Positions 22,790-25,851 of a stretch of DNA of 25,851 bases are shown piece after piece. The translations under genes and the position numbers were made by a program. The notes beneath the pieces were generated by a model, which worked only from the letters and a program-made list of their open reading frames with translations, was not told the origin of the DNA and did no database searches. Positions within the stretch are counted from its first letter, which is position 1. Every line of letters starts with the position of its first letter. The stretch spans positions 1 through 25,851 of the IMG/VR virus record IMGVR_UViG_3300032365_000087; one strand, given 5' to 3'. Source of the DNA: a virus. Taxonomy: Duplodnaviria > Caudoviricetes.

Positions 22790-24024
22790 TTGTGCTGTAC
22801 CATCGCATGGGGGAGATCAAGCCACGCATTGTTGGCTGTGGTGGCTATGCCACACTCCTGGATATACTGCCCGCTGCCCGTGGGTTCAGTAGTCGTCATG
22901 TTCCCTGCATTGGCAGGGTCAACATAGAGAAACTGGTTAGCTGTCCAACTTGCTGAGGCGTTATAGATTGGACCAGACTTCTGGATTATCCCTGTGGAAC
23001 CTGCGGAAATGGCTGCCGGCACATAGCCAAAGGCAGGCATGGTGGAGGATGCATTGGCTTCTGCCGGCAGATAGGTATTGTTCCCGGAGAGGTAGACCAC
23101 TTGTCCGGCGGACAGCCCCCCAGTCCCGGCAGTCCCAATAACGTAGGTTGCCTTGTTCTTATTAATGGTGTGTCCGATAGAGGCATAAGCCCCTGCGAGA
23201 GTGGGGTGAAGCCTATACATGACATTGGCATACCACAGATGGCCGTTGGCTGTTCCGAACCCGCCGCCAGTTTTAATCGCCTTGATAGTGAAGTAGGATG
23301 AGCCAGAAACGGATGAGGGCAGCCCCGTCAGTACCATGCACTGCCATCCAGCGCTTGAATTGGTTAAAACCGTCGCGGCAGTGGCGGAGGCGTCACCACC
23401 CACCTGAATGTCAAATGAGCCAGTGAAATCTGCACAGTAGAAAAGGGTGAGCTGCTTAACATAAGTGCCAGATGCAGTCTCTAAAAACCCGACATTAGTT
23501 GCATACTCATTGGTATCCGAAGTAAAGGTTATCTCATGGGCGCAACCAAACCAAGGTCCACCTGGGTAGGTATAATAACCAGCGGCGGCGGAACATGTAG
23601 GGTCTACGGCAAAGCTGGTACCAGTATTGTGACCGCCGTACTGTGTCAGGGATTGCGTGCAATCCCCATACATGGTACAGTAATCATTGGCATAGGGTTG
23701 GGCATCAAACTTCACCATGCTGATGGGCATTGTAATAACCATCTTCGCACTGTTGTCCACACAATTATCCCATTGAGCTATGGAGATGCCATTGGTATTG
23801 CCGCACCATCCAGTAGGGAGAGCGTCAAAACTACAGTTACGGAACACCAAGCCAGCTGCACTGCAAGTGGCGGCATAATTGTGGATATAAGCAGCCTGAC
23901 CGGAGTAATTTGCCATGTATATATCGCACGCTTCAAAGACCATGTTAGGGGTTTGAGTAAAAGTGGTCACACCATTATCGTCAACATAAACTAAATCCGT
24001 GAAGAGAGAGTTTGTATTGCCCAT
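22786..24024 (-). CDS. C-terminal part of a large beta-helix fibre protein ending in a capsid-cement/head-fibre-base-like domain
   Basis: In frame with the upstream ORF across one TGA; continues the x-C-x-I/F strand repeats; C-terminal GQVVY...A.A...PA.G...I..G..G...G...Y.....G..T.T.P...Q..G.A pattern. Confidence 0.6.
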   Translation of the reverse strand: MGNTNSLFTDLVYVDDNGVTTFTQTPNMVFEACDIYMANYSGQAAYIHNYAATCSAAGLVFRNCSFDALPTGWCGNTNGISIAQWDNCVDNSAKMVITMPISMVKFDAQPYANDYCTMYGDCTQSLTQYGGHNTGTSFAVDPTCSAAAGYYTYPGGPWFGCAHEITFTSDTNEYATNVGFLETASGTYVKQLTLFYCADFTGSFDIQVGGDASATAATVLTNSSAGWQCMVLTGLPSSVSGSSYFTIKAIKTGGGFGTANGHLWYANVMYRLHPTLAGAYASIGHTINKNKATYVIGTAGTGGLSAGQVVYLSGNNTYLPAEANASSTMPAFGYVPAAISAGSTGIIQKSGPIYNASASWTANQFLYVDPANAGNMTTTEPTGSGQYIQECGIATTANNAWLDLPHAMVQHK

Positions 24025-24036
24025 CTCAATATAGCA

Positions 24037-25851
24037 TCACTTCACCGAAACTTCCCCGCAACCCTTAAAATAGAAGCCATGTGGATAAGAAGCATTATAG
24101 TAATTGGTTCCACCAATATTAACGGCGCCCACCCCTTCAGTATAAACATTGAGCATCGTAACGTCGTGGCAGGAAGTCAGGTTAAGGATACCACCCCCAA
24201 TCATTTCAAGACCACCACCCTCCATGAGTAACTCATGTACATTGCTGCCGGCGATTGCACAGTTCCACGCAGTAACAAGCCATGTATTTCTGAGGGTGAG
24301 GCAGTTGGGTGACAATGGAGATGCGCCGGTCTGTAGGGGAACGATATTAATCGGATTGTTGGTGAATGAAATCTTACAGTTATTAAAATCACAGGCTATC
24401 CCGTAGGAATCGAGCACCCCATTATTGAAGGTACTAATAACACAGCGATCAAAGATAATATTGCAGTATGGGAGATAAATCCCATTCCCTGCCCAAGTTG
24501 ACTGCGAGGATTTGGAACCACTTCCAAATATGAACAAATTATTGATAACTCCATAGGAAGTGGTTCTCGGCTCCAACACATCATTAGTGCTGTTCTGCAA
24601 CAGTTGTGCCCCGTTTGCGTTCCACACCCAGTTAGCACTTGGACTATGATAAGTGCCGCCAATATTGATTTTCTCGACCTTATAGATGTCACTCGGTGGG
24701 GAAACGTAAGTAACATTAGGGACCGGCCACAATGAGCAACCGGAACCGGCAAGAAAACAAGCAACAATCTGCCCAGTACTAGTAGTGGCTCCAGTGTAAT
24801 CCGGTCCCCACCAGTGAGTATTAATGGGGGTGGGAAAGGGTGAGCCAAAAATCACAGTCCCTTGTGCCACCCAACTGCTTGAACCAGAAACATACTGATA
24901 GCACCTCTGCTCGGAGGCCACGGGAATGACCATGCCATTTGTTGGAGCGGTGTAGGTCCAAGTAGGAGTAGCATAATTGGAGCAGTAGGCAATATTATTG
25001 GTGTAGGTCCCTGAAGTGACGATATAGGCATCATTGTTGGTCGGGGAGCCGGGGAGCGAGGAAACTCTGCTGGTCACTTGGGCTATGGTGATGCCATTGA
25101 CCGAACTGGTGATTGCCACATTCGGGGTAGGCGGCGTGGCAAATATCTGGTAATCTCCCGCATCAATCCCGCCGCTGATGGTCAGCAACACATTGTTGGT
25201 GTATGGGTCAATCATTGCCCCATTCAATATCTGTAATCGGATATTTGAGTTGACCGTCAGGTTGGAAGCGAGCGTGATGGTGCCTGCAGAAGACGGAATT
25301 GCAAGCACACAAGGAGTTCCGGCAGCATTTAAAGCGGACACTGCGGCAGGCAAGGTAGCATAACCAGACTCGCCCACGGTGATATAGGGAACGCCGCCAT
25401 TGGCCGCAGGTACAATGCTAGTCCCGCCGAAAACCCCGTTATTGTTATACTGAATTTGTCCGTTGGAGCCGCCGGGGGTGCCGCCGCCTCCAGCTCCATA
25501 TTGAAAGCCGCTCTCGTCAGATTTAACTTGCAAATACTTAGAGGCGTTCCCGGTCAAGGATGGAAGAGCCAGAGAGCCAGCAAGATTGGAAGCCGTGCCT
25601 GAACAATTGCCGGTCACAGCCCCAGTCAATGGCCCAACAAAGCCACTGGAGTCAGTCAGGGCTCCAGTAAGGCTGCCGCCGGATAGGGGAAGATAACTGG
25701 TATCGCTCAGATTGCTACATGCAGACATCGTTCCCGACCCGTTGGCCTTTAATACGCCGTTAGCGGAGCCAGCGCCGCCATTGGCCGCGGGCACTATTCC
25801 AGAGAGGTTTCCAGCGTTCAAGGTCGAGGAGGAGGTAAGATTCCCAGAGGC
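24037..25851 (-). CDS. Large fibre/tailspike-like protein, 5'-truncated by the window edge
   Basis: Frame is open to position 25851; YLPLSGG.LTG, VPAANGG and PGGSNGQIQYNNNGVFGG fibre motifs, then a DUF2793-like insert and beta-helix strands. Confidence 0.75.
   Translation of the reverse strand, partial: ASGNLTSSSTLNAGNLSGIVPAANGGAGSANGVLKANGSGTMSACSNLSDTSYLPLSGGSLTGALTDSSGFVGPLTGAVTGNCSGTASNLAGSLALPSLTGNASKYLQVKSDESGFQYGAGGGGTPGGSNGQIQYNNNGVFGGTSIVPAANGGVPYITVGESGYATLPAAVSALNAAGTPCVLAIPSSAGTITLASNLTVNSNIRLQILNGAMIDPYTNNVLLTISGGIDAGDYQIFATPPTPNVAITSSVNGITIAQVTSRVSSLPGSPTNNDAYIVTSGTYTNNIAYCSNYATPTWTYTAPTNGMVIPVASEQRCYQYVSGSSSWVAQGTVIFGSPFPTPINTHWWGPDYTGATTSTGQIVACFLAGSGCSLWPVPNVTYVSPPSDIYKVEKINIGGTYHSPSANWVWNANGAQLLQNSTNDVLEPRTTSYGVINNLFIFGSGSKSSQSTWAGNGIYLPYCNIIFDRCVISTFNNGVLDSYGIACDFNNCKISFTNNPINIVPLQTGASPLSPNCLTLRNTWLVTAWNCAIAGSNVHELLMEGGGLEMIGGGILNLTSCHDVTMLNVYTEGVGAVNIGGTNYYNASYPHGFYFKGCGEVSVK

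Noticed and set aside
1-25851. Genome-wide TGA reassignment (genetic code 4 or 25)
   Set aside because: TGA is clearly used as a stop at 2305, 5785, 21200 and 22786, with coupled starts or junction repeats directly following.

Overview
The window is a co-directional (minus-strand) virion morphogenesis operon of a high-GC siphovirus-type phage or prophage with a GTA-like tail-tip module. In transcription order (right to left): a lower-GC block of fibre/beta-helix and secreted-looking genes, portal plus Mu-gpF/SPP1-gp7-like minor head domain, prohead protease, major capsid, head-tail connectors, tail tube, tail assembly chaperone with a -1 frameshift extension, tape measure, DUF2460, a beta-helix tailspike-like gene, DUF2163, NlpC/P60, tail-tip protein, collar/fibre, a glycosyltransferase and a TIGR02594-type lysin. 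No terminase, integrase or holin is visible. Main surprises: (1) an in-frame TGA at the conserved Cys position of the minor-head HPxCxC motif, followed by a SECIS-like hairpin, i.e. a candidate phage structural selenoprotein; (2) most gene junctions hold either a 7-nt-periodic inverted-repeat element or a GTAG-type REP hairpin, some supplying stop codons or read through in frame; (3) further recoding or lesion sites (portal one-base shift, in-frame TGA in the large fibre gene). All family calls come from motifs recognised by eye; no searches were run.
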